A DNA stretch of 64,000 nucleotides from Camelus ferus. Its lineage: Eukaryota. Both the position numbers and the translations under genes were made by a program. The DNA is taken from the NCBI RefSeq assembly GCF_009834535.1, contig NC_045697.1, forward strand, positions 60,328,001 to 60,392,000, read 5' to 3'. Numbering within the stretch: the first letter of the stretch is position 1; each line of letters starts with the position of its first letter. Below, one piece after another: positions 38,501 through 51,575 of the stretch. Below the pieces are notes generated by a model. That model made no database searches. It worked only from the letters and a program-made list of their open reading frames with translations, and was not told the origin of the DNA.

Positions 38501-38966
38501 AATTTTTCTCTGTCAAAAATCTATTAATATAAAACAAAAGGGAAACATTATCAAAAGGCATCTAATGGAAAATGTTTACATTATTGGATGTTTCTCCAAA
38601 CAGAAGAAATTATCAGGAGTGAAGAATATGTGTTTTTCTCTAATAGTCTACATGATTTTTAATTTAAGTCATTAAGTGTAAAAATAATAAATACATTAAA
38701 TCAACTAAACTCAATGCTATTCTAGTCCCCATGCAAAATGCTGTCTAGCTACCTTGTGTTTATCAGAAATTTTGCAATAATTTAAGTTATAATATTAATG
38801 TATTCTAATAATTAAATGCCAACAATATAGTATTGCCCCCATATCAAAAAAGAAACTCTTTTTCCCACTATGATGCTGGGGGAAGTTTAAAATGCACGAT
38901 TTTAGTTTAGAGTGTCAAAAAAATAAAGATCCTAAATGTTGAGGTTAAAGACCAAACTAGTCTAAA

Positions 38967-39055
38967 TATATGTATGTATGTGTATGACTGTAACATTATG
39001 CTGTACATCAGAAATTGACACATTGCAACTGACTATACTTCAATTTTTTTTAATA
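38967..39055 (+). mobile_element. Very short L1 3' end with TSD
   Basis: gctgtacatcagaaattgacacattgcaactgactatacttcaat; direct repeats at 38947-38966 and 39056-39075 (18/20 identical). Confidence 0.85.
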
Positions 39056-39782
39056 AAAGATCAAATTAGTCTAAAATCAAACACTCTTCACCCTTTAGTC
39101 TTCATGCAAAAAAAAAATTAGGTAAAAGTCTTAAAAACTTAAATTCTAAAATATATTATCTTTAAGGTCTCACTGTGTTCAACCTCAGAGGTTTTTCTCT
39201 GTCAAGGAGACAGAGTAACTTCAACGGCTCTAGCCCAGGACGTGATGCCTGAGACATTAGAACTTGAGTGGGTATTTCAGGTAACATACTTTGCAGGAAT
39301 TCTTAGGACACCATAGACTATTATAGCATAATCCCACACTGACAAAATTTAGAAAGTGTGCCGAATTCTAAAGGACTTATTCTGGGAAAATGTATGTTTG
39401 CTAAATTTGTTGCCAAACATAGCAAAAACTACAAAGACTCTAAGGGAATTAGGGAAGACAACAAAAACCTAGGTTTCATTTTCATTAGGATACCAGGCAG
39501 TCTGGACCAGATGTCCAACAACTATCACAATTTTCTTCCTTGACCCTGCAGGCAGATTTTGAAAAAGAAAAGTCAATTTCATATTAGTGCATGAATTTGA
39601 AAGCCTTAAATTCCATTAAATGATTACTAAAAGTTAAATTAGGAAGACTTACCAATACATTTTAAAGAACTATTTTATTAAGTAAAAAATGAACTCAGCC
39701 ACTTGTATGACTGAAGATTAAAATTGGAGGCAAAATTTTTATTTTAATAAATTCTTTTTTGCTCCTTTTAAAAACACTAGGG

Positions 39783-39796
39783 GTGTGTGTGTGTGT

Positions 39797-39840
<44 letters not shown>
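39783..39840. repeat. Compound (GT)n(GA)n microsatellite
   Basis: Read directly from the sequence. Confidence 0.95.
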
Positions 39841-39842
<2 letters not shown>

Positions 39843-39947
39843 ACTCCCACTCCTTGTTCTCCTTGTTTATGTTTTCTGGTCCATCCTACAGTACTTTAGT
39901 CGTTGTAAGTACGCTAATATAGTCAGTAGTTCATCCTTCTAATAGGA

Positions 39948-40170
39948 AGCAATATAACATGGTGATTAAAAGCAAGAATGCCAGAATTTGAATATGTAAC
40001 TTCTATTTCATATGTGAAAGGAAGAAATACTCTAAATTCATCTACTTCATTTTTCTCATATGGAAAATGGGAATATTGCCAGTAACTTTGCAGTCTCTTG
40101 ATATTTTTATGCTAGCAGACGCAAAGAACTCTGAGACAGTGCACATTCATCAAATGTTAGCTATTATATT
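39948..40170 (+). mobile_element. MIR SINE
   Basis: ggtgattaaaagca...ttttctcatatggaaaatgggaata...caaatgttagctattat. Confidence 0.65.
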
Positions 40171-40949
40171 AATTTCACAAAGTTTGTGGGGGGGTCTATT
40201 CCTGCTGTGTGTTCTTCCTGCTTATTATTGTTTTGATACTTTGTATTTGTTTATTTTGTCATGTTTTTATGGTTGTGATTTTTTTTTATGGCAGTCTTGA
40301 TTAGGCAGTGCTTTACTGGTGGAAATGATCTGCAGTCTTAGCTTGAGAGTGTGCTCTCTCAGTTGTCACCTGTATTCCTTCTGAGATGTGCTCTAGTGGA
40401 ACAGCTTCTGGCAATTACCTGGCCTGCTTTTCTTGGTGACATTGTACCATAAATTTATATCCCCAAACCAGCAGTGTTTGTGCTGATGACCTTCATGAGT
40501 GACTGTTTTTCCACATAAAGCATAGACTGAAACATAGATACATCCTTGCTGTGTGCCATGATAAATATTTTATTCTATTCTACAATTTCTCACAGAGGGA
40601 ATCTTTTTAGGGTTTTCTATTTAAGTCAGGTGCTCAGTTCTCTGTATTTTTTTTTTCAGTCCCAAATTGTGGCCTCCTTTTCTCCAGAACTTTCAATGTA
40701 AGCTTCTTGGTTATAAGGATTGATAAAATGCCCCCTGGGAGCTGAGTATCGATGCAAGCTTGCTTGTCTAGTTTCATGCTTGCTCTTCATGTTTGGCCTT
40801 TAGGTATTTACTTAACATTCTTAAAGTCTCAACTGCATATTTAAAATAATTTTGCACATATTTTATCAAGTATTTCAACATGAGTGGTAGGAGAATTATT
40901 TTAGGCAATCATTGCAATTAATAGCAATTACGATCAAATTTTTCCTTGA

Positions 40950-41580
40950 GAACAATGTTTAAGACTTGTGTACAAAAGTGATGGGTGAGAGTGAAGATAG
41001 GTGACCAATTTGAAAGCTACTGCAGTGGTTTTAATGAGAGAGAAGGGTGCCTTGGACTCGTTCTTTAAGATCAAATGTGGTCAAATCAGGACTACATTTG
41101 GAGGTAGAGTCTAATAAGATTCATTACAGGATTAGATAATTGAGAAAATAATAGGGAAAATAGTGATATCTAAGAGTTAAACCTGAAGAACAGGGTAGAT
41201 GAAAGTACATCTTAATTATCCAGGGAAAAATGAGAGCATCATAAAAATCTCTAATAGTGAGGCTAGAGATACACTAAAGATTTGCTATATAATCGGTCAG
41301 ATTTGATGACAAAAGGGTGAAGTATGTAGCACAGAGAGGGAGCTGATTTATAGGTGGTGTCCTTAGTTGAGGAAGTTTCCAATAATTGAGATAATTAAAG
41401 TGGCAAGAGGAGAAGACTTGTAAAGAATGCTGACAGAAATCCAGGTTTTGGCATGCTGAATTTCAGATGCTCATGGGACAGTCATGGATATTTTCAGATC
41501 AGTTGTTTAAAAAGGATTGTATCCTCAGGGTAAAAGTTCTAAAGCTGCAGATAGAGATTTTTAAGGCATATTTACATTAA
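40950..41580 (-). mobile_element. L2 fragments
   Basis: gctactgcagtggtt...catttggaggtagagtc...ggcatgctgaatttcagatgc. Confidence 0.6.
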
Positions 41581-42313
41581 TTATCTAAGATTCTGAGACA
41601 TAATAATATGTGAACTTTCTGGAACTTACTGGATACATTTTACAAAGTCAGTAGCATTTATGAAAAAGGTAAATAAAATTATTCCACAATATTGGTGAGT
41701 TTCCAAGTCTCTGCCCATAGTCCGGAATCGTTTTACCCATAGTACAGATTTTATTTATAACTTCTATGCTTTGCAATAATGAATTCTATTAATATGTATT
41801 TGAATTTTAAACCTTGACGTCAAACACTATTCTCCTGTGGCAAATAAACTGATTAAAATTAAGACCCAGAAAATTCCTTTATTAATCTGTTGTTTAGATA
41901 CTTACGCTCAATTCCTTGTATTATATAATTTTGCTTCCAGGCTGAAATCTATAAACTACTACAGCACCGAAACTGAATTTTGGCCAAAACATAGGAATTT
42001 ATTTCAATGATCCCCATATTTTCAAATTCTTCACTTGAAGTATAGGGCATTCTCTAGAGAGCAGAATCAATAAAACTTGAAGAATGCACATGGAACATGA
42101 TTTAAACTAAGAGCTGAAAGGAAGCTAGCAGATGCTAAGGAGTACTGAGGGCGAACTGCAGAAATCTGCTAGGGACAGGAGGCACCTAAATGAAATATGT
42201 ATCCACAGGATAACTGGTACAATGAGACAAGCGAGAAGACAAGGGACAGGGAAACTAGTTACCTGGCAGGACAGTAAGGGCTCTGTGTAAGTATGTGTCC
42301 ACATGGCCAGTAC

Positions 42314-42870
42314 ATTCATTCATTCATTTAACAAAATGATCGGGCTTCCTGGCACTGTGCTTGGTTCTAAGGGCACAGAACTGAATATGATTTTGGAAGG
42401 AATACTGATCATTATGATATTGTTCATAACACTCTTAAGCACATTCAGTGGCGCTGTGGGATGCCATAGAAAGAATGTTTGATGCCGGTCAGTAGGGTTC
42501 GGAAAGGTATCCATCCCACCAGGAGTTTAGCCTTTCAAGGATATGTTGAAGTTAGTCAGAAAATGGAAAAGATAAACTTTCAAAGCAGAGAGGAGGTCAC
42601 GTGCAAAGCCATGAAGACAAGAAACAGGGAGTGTTCTTGGCACATGGCTTCTCCAGTGTGTCTGTGATAGAGATCAGAGAGGATCCAAAAGAGATGAGTC
42701 TGGAAGGGTTTAAAAGGGGCAGAGATATAAACAAGTTTGCGCTCCATGCCCAGGAGTTTGCATCTGAATTTGGAGGTGATGGAGAGGCACTGAATTCTTT
42801 TAAGCTCAAGAATGAAATGAAGAGATAGGCTCTTTTATAGCAGGGTGGATGATGTCATAGAGGGAGGCAA
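42314..42870 (-). mobile_element. L2 3' portion
   Basis: attcattcattcatttaacaaa...ctggcactgtgcttggttct...ggagaggcactgaattcttttaagc. Confidence 0.8.
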
Positions 42871-43559
42871 AATCCATGTTGGACTTCATAAATGACACTT
42901 GTTTTAAGAAGCAGTGGTAAAAAATGAGATGTAGGGAAAATGTGCAAATAAGAAACCAATTACTAAACATTAAAATCCCTTAAAAATCTTTAAAAGTCAT
43001 TCACAGGTGCTTTATATGAAGATGATTTTCCTAAGAAAATGTATAAAGATTGTCTATAAAAATAAATAGAATAATGAAAAATAATTAAACATAAAAATCA
43101 GATACAGTCTTTGGTTAGCTAATTCAGCGCATAGCTATCGCCACACATGTCTAATGGAAATTAATTTTCCAGAAGAGTTATATGTCAGCTTCAGCTTCCT
43201 ATATATCTGCTCCACTGTTAACTGCTTGAAAGAGAAATGACAGTATATGACAGGTTTTAATAGCTAACAGGATTAATAGAGACGGTCTCAAACCTAACTT
43301 TAACCATGTGGAAACCTTAAAGTTTTTAGAATCACTTAATATTTGGCCTTTATTTCTCAGAAAACTTTTGAGAAATGTGGTGTGCTCACTAGCTTTTAAA
43401 CTATTGCATGATAATAGTGACTATTACAAAGTAATCAATATAAAGTCAGGAATATCTTGACTTTATTCTTCCCTTCACTGTCTGTATGATCAGCAAATTC
43501 CCTGTTCTGACATTAGCTGCTGTACTAATTATCAGAATAACTTATATTAAATTAAATAT

Positions 43560-43900
43560 TTTATTCACTCATCCATTCAATCATTATATTAATAAATATT
43601 TCTTGAAGGTTGTAATGTGAGTTACTGAGGTAGGAATCAGGGATATGAAAATAAATAATCCAACAAACTAAGTGGATAATTAGTCATAGAGAGGCCATAT
43701 AAGAAACTTACAATAAAATGCAGTTAATGCAATGATATAGTATAAATACATATAAGGATATAGAACCATGAAAAGCCTTATGTTAATCTGGTTGGTAGGT
43801 AGGATAGTAGTCAGCAAATGCTTTCTGGCTGAGGTTAGTGTGCCTATACTGAACCAAAATAATATAAATTAAATGGGTTAAAATGCAGTGAAAGGACAAT
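43560..43900 (-). mobile_element. L2 fragment
   Basis: ttattcactcatccattcaatc...aataaatatttcttga. Confidence 0.55.
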
Positions 43901-44244
43901 CCCAGTGAAATATTTACTTGAATGTATAATGTAGACAGTTGGGAAACGTTATCCTTTTAAAAAGAACAATCACCTATGTGTTTTATTTTACCACTCTAGT
44001 GGCAGTGTGAAGGATATATTTGAAGGTGACAAAAATAAACTCAAAAGAGGTAGGACAGTCTTATAGGAGTACAAACTAGAGAGAATGATATGTTCTACTG
44101 GGAGTGGCAGAGAGGGTACAAATTCTAGGGATGCAAAATTGACCAAATCTAAAAAATGTGAAGGTGGTTCATAGTAGCAACAGTGGAAGGTAGTTTTATG
44201 AGGTTGAAGAACAGGGTTAGAGGAGTAGTGGAATGGAAGAACCA

Positions 44245-45712
44245 GAAGCAAAAAAGATAATTATGAACAATTATTTGCCCCTATATTTGAAAACCTTGGT
44301 GAAATGGACAAATTCCTAGGAAAATACCAGAATAAAGATGATACAAGGTGATCTGAATAGCTATATATCAATTTTAGAATCTGCCTGTAATTTAAAAATT
44401 CTTTTTACAAATGAGCCCCTATATCTATGTGGTTTCAACCATAAATTATAACAAATATTTAAGTGATACTTTCTGCTAGTCTTATAAAAATCTCCTAGAG
44501 AATAAAAAAATCAGAACATTCCACAATTTATTTAATGGAGCTCACGTAGCCTTGATACCAAAACCAGGTGAGGATATTGTAAGATAAGAAAATTATACTC
44601 CATTATCATTCATGAACATATGTGCCAAAATCCTAAACAGTATGTAAGTAACACAAATCTAGGGATATATAAAAAGGATAATAAACATAATCATTAATCA
44701 TTTAAAAATATTAATAAATTCACTTCGTAAAATTGAAAATTACTTGTCATCAATATATATAGTTTAGAGACTGAAAATACATTTTGCTCAATTGTACATG
44801 GTATTTTAAACCCATATAACCTATAAAAGTCCTATATCTAGCTTATATAAAGTATCTAAGCAAAAAATATCAAGAATTCAATTTTAGGAAGGTTGGGAGA
44901 CACAAAAAAATCAGTTCATGGCCAGATAATTCTGAACAGCTGACAGATGATAAATACAGAAAGGTGCCCAATTTTTATGTAATCACAGAAATGCTAATGT
45001 GTATTCAACTGGATGGCCAATATTGAAAAAAAAAAGAAAAAAATTTTAAAAAATGTTGGGGAAAATATGGAGCAGTGGAAACCCATATATACTATTTGAA
45101 GGAATATAAATTGTTAAAATTTCCTTTTGAAAATTATTTCACATTACCTAGTGAAGTTGAATATACAAATAAATACTCCTTGAACAGCAATTCCACTTGC
45201 AGGTATATACCCAATTGACATTAATGTATATATGTTCCATGATACTTAACAACTGAATATTCAGGAGGATGTTAAAATAGACCAGAAACTGAAACAACTC
45301 AAATATCCACCCAAAGCAGATTAGATAGATTGCTATAAATAAATAAAATGGAATACTATACAGCAATGAAAACAAGGGAATTATAAACAATAACAATTTA
45401 TTCATATTTAGTGAGCAAAAGAGCCAGACAGAAAGTAATACATGCTAGATTATTACATTTATATTAGCTCCAAAATGCTGGCCAAATTAAGCTATAGTTT
45501 TTAGTGTGGATACTTAGGTGTGAAAGGAAGTTATTGCCACAAAGTTAGGATAGTATCTATCTGTGGGAGAGAGGGAGAAGGATGTAGAAATTGAGAGTGA
45601 TAATGAAATGTCTTTGGGGAAGGTAGCAATATTTTTTGCTTTAAGTCATTGAACTGTACATTTTTGTTCTGTGTATTTTCTCTGTTATATTTCATAATAA
45701 AAGTGTTAAAAG
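44245..45712 (+). mobile_element. Old L1ME-like element (deleted ORF2 and 3' end)
   Basis: gaaatggacaaattcctag...ccttgataccaaaaccag...cagcaattccacttgcaggtatataccc...tatttcataataaaa. Confidence 0.8.
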
Positions 45713-46604
45713 CTATTGTTGAAATATAAATTCTTATTGGTTTAGTTCCTTTTTTCAAAGAGCATAATCCTATTGAAAATGACCCTTTGTGTGGAGTCAA
45801 GTAACTTGGCTACTTAGAAATTTGTTTTCTAATTATGGAAAAGAGTGGTATGGATAGTTTATGATTTTATTATGAGAAGTAAATGAGAAAATGCAGATAA
45901 AAAGAACCAGGAATAGCAGGTTTCCTTTATGTGTTAAATTTCTTCCCTCAATTTATTGTCTAATTGATTTATCTGTATCATATCAAAAACTGTCATCTTC
46001 AGTCTCTGTTTCTCTCTTCCTTCCTCCTCTTCTACTTCAGTAATGATGAAAGTCTGTCAATTTATTATCAAAATATCTAAATTCTTCCTCAACTTTCCTA
46101 TTCTTCCTGCTGCAATACATTTGATAATTATTTTGATAATAAAGGGGGCTGGAAAATAACATCAGACTAAAGATAAATTGCTGTTATGGAGGCTGTAAGA
46201 TTTAATCATTAGGAGTGGGTTCAGTAATGGAGAATCTTTTAAGTGAATGAGTGAAGGAAGTGGTGTTCAATGATATATTTAGTATCAGAACCATGCTGTA
46301 TAGAATATTTAATAAATTTAATTGTGGATATAGTTTATTTGTTATGATTATTTGGTAATCAGAGGATAACTGGCTATTTGATAGGATATTTGGTGATAGG
46401 ATATATGTAATAGGATAAACAAATTTAGAGTTAAAGAAAAATATCTGAACTGCATGTTAATATTTGAAAGTTATTTATATATAAATATCTATTGAAACAT
46501 TTTATGTAAATTAAATCAACCGTATATAACAAATAGAATGAGAAAAACAATAGGGCCAAAAATTAAACCTATGACATAGTGACTGGAATAAGCATCAGCA
46601 ATGG

Positions 46605-46825
46605 AGATTATAAAGAAACTGTGTTTTATCCGACTTGCAAACTATTAAATTGGCCTGTCAGGGTTTTACATTTACTGGTAGAAGACATGAGATTTCTGGC
46701 ACAGAAAAAAAAGGACTTTATTGTTAACAACACAGCAAGTAGCATGAGCTTTATAGTCTTGTCAGTTTTGCTTGCCCCCAAAGTCCCAGAGGAGTAATTT
46801 TGAAGCACACCCACATGGATGCAGA
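46605..46825 (-). mobile_element. MER74-like ERVL LTR fragment
   Basis: ttttatccgacttgcaaacta...gaagacatgagatttctgg...aaggactttatt is the antisense MER74 3' end as recalled. Confidence 0.7.
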
Positions 46826-46859
46826 AAATTTCTAACAGCACAGGAAAGGATAAATGAAC

Positions 46860-47225
46860 TGTGGCAGACTCTTACAACAGAAATCTAGATAGCAACAAAA
46901 AGCACGTATTTCAAATACACACAACATAGGTGAATTTTAATGGCATTGAGCTAAGTGATAGAAGTCAGATACAAAATATTTTATAACCTATGATTCATTA
47001 ATCTGACATGCTAGAATAGGCAAAACTATTGTGAGAGCATACAGATTAGTATTGCTACAAACTGTCATCAGTAATACACTGACTGCAAAGTATCAGGAGG
47101 AAGATGTTGGGCGTGAGGGAGCGTTATATGAGTATGATGTTGTTTGTATACTGTGTTTTCCGTAGTAAAATTCAAAGAATTATATTTTCATGACTGGTGA
47201 ATTTTGTTATATATATTTTGAATTT
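46860..47225 (+). mobile_element. L1ME-like 3' end fragment
   Basis: ctaagtgatagaagtcagatacaaa...ctagaataggcaaaactat. Confidence 0.7.
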
Positions 47226-47234
47226 TGTTATATA

Positions 47235-48615
47235 GTGTTCCCCAAAAAGAGCTGTTAAAGTCCCGAGCTCTGTTACCTGTGAATTTGACATTATTTGGCA
47301 GTAGGATTCTTGCTTGCAGATGTAATTGAGCTAATTATCAGAAAATACAGATCAAAACTACAATGAGATATCACCTCATACCAGCCAGAATGGCCATCAT
47401 TCAAAAGTCCACAATTGATAAATGCTGGAGAGGGTGTGAAGAAAAGGGAACCCTCCACACTGTTGGTGGGTATGAAGTTTGGTGCAGCCATTATGGAAAA
47501 CAGTTTGGAGACTCCTCAGAAAACTAAAAATAGACTTCCCATATGATCCAGCAATCCCACTCCTGGGCATATATTTGGAGGGAGCTATAATTTGAAAAGA
47601 TATATATACCCCAGTGTTCATAGCAGCACTATTGACAATAGCTAAGACATGGAAACAATCTAAATATCCTTTGACAGAGGACTGGATAAAGAAGTTGTGG
47701 TATATATATATATATATACAAAGGAATACTACTATAGTATATACTATACTATATATATACTACTACTATATATGTATACTAGCTATAAAAATAATAAAAT
47801 AATGCCATTTGCAGCAATACGGTTGGATCTAGAGATTGTCATTCTAAGTGAAGTAATCCAGAAAGAGAAAGAAGAATACTATACGATATCACTTATTTGT
47901 GGAATCTAAAAAAAAACAAAAAACAAAAAACACTAAAGAGAAAAGAAGACATTAATGAGCTTATCTATAAGACAGAAACAGACTCACAGGCATAGTAAAT
48001 AAACTTATGGTTACCAGGGGTACAGGGGGTAGAAAGTGATAAATTGGGAGTTTGAAATTTGCAAATATTAACTTATTAACTACTATAGATAAAACAGATT
48101 AAAAAAAAACAAATTTCTTCTGCATAGCACAGGGAACTATATTCAATAGCTTGTAGTAACCTAGAATGAAAAAGAACATGAAAATGTATGTATAGTATGT
48201 AGTATGTACAGTATGACTGAAACATTATGTTGTACATCAGAAATTGACACATTATAACTGACTATACTTTGACTAAAAAAACAAGAACCAAAACGAGATC
48301 ATACTGGGTTAAGGTATGCCCTAAATCTAATGACCGACATCCTTATAAGAAGGCCATGTGAAGGCACAGATACAGACACTCAGAGAAAATGCCACTCAGA
48401 GATTGGAGCTATACTGCTGTTGGCCAGGAAGTACCAAATTGCTGGCAATTTTCAGAAGCTAAAGAGAATCATAAAAAATTTATCCTCAGAATCTCAAGAA
48501 CCTTGCTGACATCTTGATTTCAAACTTCTAGCTTCCAGAACTATGAGAGAATAAATTTCTGTAAGCCACCCAGCTTGTAGTAGTTTGTTATAGGAGCCCT
48601 AGGAAATTAAAATAG
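47235..48615 (+). mobile_element. MLT1C-like LTR split by a young L1
   Basis: 5' part ...gcagatgtaattgagctaa (to ~47334) resumes at ~48295 with gagatcatactggg...cttccagaactatgagagaataaatttctg. Confidence 0.85.
47335..48292 (+). mobile_element. Lineage-specific L1 (ORF2 end and 3' UTR)
   Basis: atgagatatcacctcatacc...ccagcaatcccactcctgggcatata; [15 protein letters not shown] motif; ends gaaattgacacattataactgactatactt plus an A-rich tail. Confidence 0.95.
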
Positions 48616-48849
48616 TACATTTTATCCCAGTAAAGCTGACTTTTGAAAAATAATATAAGGGCATAATTGTGAACAATATATGCAAACAGCATTGGTGAAG
48701 TGTCATGTCACTATGATTAATAAAACAAGCTTAGATAACGGTAATTATTAGCTGAAAGAAAAAAAATAGGTGACCCATGATCAACTGCCTTTAACTGATT
48801 TTAAAATTGTTGTATACAAAATCAAATTTTTAAATTTAAATCCAAGGTT

Positions 48850-49165
48850 GTATATTAGTTAGCATAGCCTAACTGATGTAGTAAGTAGGCCCCAAATGTG
48901 ATAGATTTTTGCTCTTCTGATAATGATGGACTGGTGAAAAGGTTGGCAGTGACCCAGCCTGAAGTAGACTCTGCCATATTCAACAGTTTGTTTCCTGTGT
49001 CTCCTGTAGGGAAGCACAGAGGAACACAGGTGGGAGAGTTTTATGAGCCAAGGCTGGAATAGGTGCCAATCACTTTCGCACGTATTTCCTTGGCCAGTAC
49101 ACAGTCATATGGCTTTACCTAACTGCCAAGGAACCCAGTAAATTTATTTAGCTGTGTACTTGCTC
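48850..49165 (-). mobile_element. MLT1J/K-like LTR
   Basis: tcactttcgcac...ttggccagtacacagtcatatggc...cctaactgc. Confidence 0.65.
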
Positions 49166-49199
49166 CTGAAGAAATATTGCTTCAAATTGAGATGAGCAA

Positions 49200-49910
49200 A
49201 AATTGAATATTCTCAGCTAGGAAATCTCTGAAAATTCATTACTACCATACCACTTGAGACCAGGCCATAGCTGTAGTATAATAACTACACATAGCCACTC
49301 ACTTCTCCACCCCAATCCAATATGGACTTCTTAAAAGGTAAGCCTTTTCATGTCACTCCTCAACTCAGTACTCTTCAGCGGATAGCCAGGGTTGATATAA
49401 GTGAAAATACTTAATAGATCCTAGGAATCCTAGCATGAAATCAGTTATTCTGTATTTCCAAACTTACTAGTTCCAGTTTATTTATATTATTTTTCTCAAG
49501 ACAATTTAGACTCCTTACAATACCTAAAGCATCATACTTCTGTATCTAAACCCCATCTGTTTTCTCTCATCTCCAAGTATTCCCGTATCTGAAATGCTCA
49601 TCTTCTCTTTACCTTGTTAAACTTTCCTTATTCAGTTCTAGTCTCAAAAATCATTTCCTAAGGAACCTTTTTTCCACTGACTCTTACACCCCAAGGCTAA
49701 GTTGTTTTTCATGGATTTAGGCTTACATAAACCTGCACATATTCTTTAGAGCACAGATATACAAATAATTACGTAAATAATAATGATAATTCTTTTCGAA
49801 TCTGACTTTCCCAGTAAAAAAATTTAAAAGCAGGGATTGTGACAGTTTTGTCCAGCAATTCCCTTTTCAGTGATCGTCACATAGCAGGTTGTTAAAACTT
49901 TAACTGATGG
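49200..49910 (+). mobile_element. L2 fragments
   Basis: tcatgtcactcct...tctgaaatgctc...tcatttcctaaggaacctt. Confidence 0.55.
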
Positions 49911-50249
49911 AGTGGCTTATTATTTGATGGAAGGGTGTCTAATTCTGTATTTTCCAAAATGAATATTTTCTTGAATTAAGAAATACATAGTAAAGCAATC
50001 AAATAATTGTATTATTTTTTGAAAAATACTGGATTCCTTGAGGTAGGATACCTTTGGTAATAGCACAACCAGAACACACCTAACCCCTGCATCACTTTAT
50101 AATCAAGTTTGTAATAAAACTGCAGAATGGAAATGATAGAACTTATTATTTGGTATAGAAGTGATATGTTTTAAAGATGCTATTAGTATTTTAAATTTCT
50201 TTAAAAATTAAAAAAATTTTATTTACTTGTTTTTCCTCCATATATATTA

Positions 50250-50455
50250 ATATACTTTTTAAAGGTTATACTCCATTTATAGTTATTACAAAATGTTGAC
50301 TATATTCTCCATGTTGTACAATGCAGCCAGGTAGCCTACCTTACATCCAAAGATTTGTACCTCCCACTCCTCCACCTCTATATTACACCCCACCACTGGT
50401 AACCACTAGTTTGTTCTCTACATCTGTGAGTTGGCTCCATTTCTTTGTTGTATTG
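50250..50455 (-). mobile_element. L1 3' UTR fragment
   Basis: aggttatactccatttatagttattacaaaat...ccactggtaaccactagtttgttctcta. Confidence 0.85.
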
Positions 50456-50492
50456 CAGGTTCTTGTTTCTGTATCCAATCAGCCACTCTATC

Positions 50493-50493
<1 letters not shown>

Positions 50494-50527
<34 letters not shown>
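50494..50527. repeat. (TG)n microsatellite at an L1 tail
   Basis: Read directly from the sequence. Confidence 0.95.
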
Positions 50528-50529
<2 letters not shown>

Positions 50530-51297
50530 TTATTGAAGTATAGTCAGTTACAATGTTGTGTCAATTTCTGGCACACAACATAATGCTTCAGCTATCCATG
50601 AAAATACATATATTCATTTTCATATTCTTTTTCACCATAAGTAACTACAAGATAATGACTATAGTTCCCTTTGTTATACAGTAGAAACTTGTTGATCTGT
50701 TTTATATGTATTAGTTGGTATCTGCAAATCTCAAACTCCCAATTTAACCCTTCCTACCCTCTTCTTCCACTGGTAACCGTAAGTTTGTTTTCTGTCTGTG
50801 AGACTGCTTCTGTTTTGTAAATAAGTCTATTTATCTTTTTTTTTTTAGATTCCACATGAGTGATATCATAAGGTATTTTTCTTTCTCTTTCTGGCTTATT
50901 TCACTTAGAATGATGATCTCCAGGTCCATCCAGATTGCTGCAAATGTCATTATTTTGGTTTGTTTTTATGGCTGAGTAGTATTCCATTGTATAAATATAC
51001 TACAACTTCCTTATCCAGTCATCTGTCGATGGACATTTAGGTTGTTTGCATGTCTTGGCTATTGTATGTAGTGCTTCTGTGAACATTGGGGTGCATGTAT
51101 CTTTCCAAATTAGAGTTCTCTCCAGATATATGCTCAGGAGTGGGATTGCTGGATCAAACGTTAAGTCTGTTTTTAGTTTTCTGAGGAATCTCCATACTGT
51201 TTTCCATAATGGCTGCACCAAACTACATTCCACCAGCAGCGTAGGAGAGTTCTCTTTTTCCCACATCGTCTCCAGCATTTATCATTTGTGGACTTTG
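50528..51297 (-). mobile_element. Lineage-specific L1 (3' UTR and ORF2 end)
   Basis: ORF 51000-51278 [31 protein letters not shown] is the L1 ORF2 C-terminus. Confidence 0.95.
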
Positions 51298-51575
51298 GAA
51301 GTGGCAGCTGCCAATGCAAAGCTCTCTTTTCCCTGATTGTTGGCAAGCTAGCACACAAGTACTCCTTGGGAGTGGAATCTAGGCTTCTCCAGCCCTTCTG
51401 TCTGTCCCAGTGGCTCTCCTAGCAGCTAAAGGGGTTTGTGTCCTCCATGTATGACATCAGGGCTAGGACACCCAGTCTGCAGCCTGACCCATTTACTCCC
51501 CTGGGAAAGTGTCTGCCCGCATGGACCTTCTCTTCCTTTCAGATCCCTCTCAGGGATGTAGGTCCCCGCCCTGTA
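51298..51575 (-). mobile_element. L1 5' UTR-like fragment
   Basis: GC-richer cagggctaggacaccca...actcccctggga...tccctctcaggg...ggtccc resembles recalled antisense L1 5' ends. Confidence 0.55.

Noticed and set aside
47291..51358. Overlapping ORFs at 47291-47909 and 51000-51358
   Set aside because: They are sense and antisense frames of L1 3' regions
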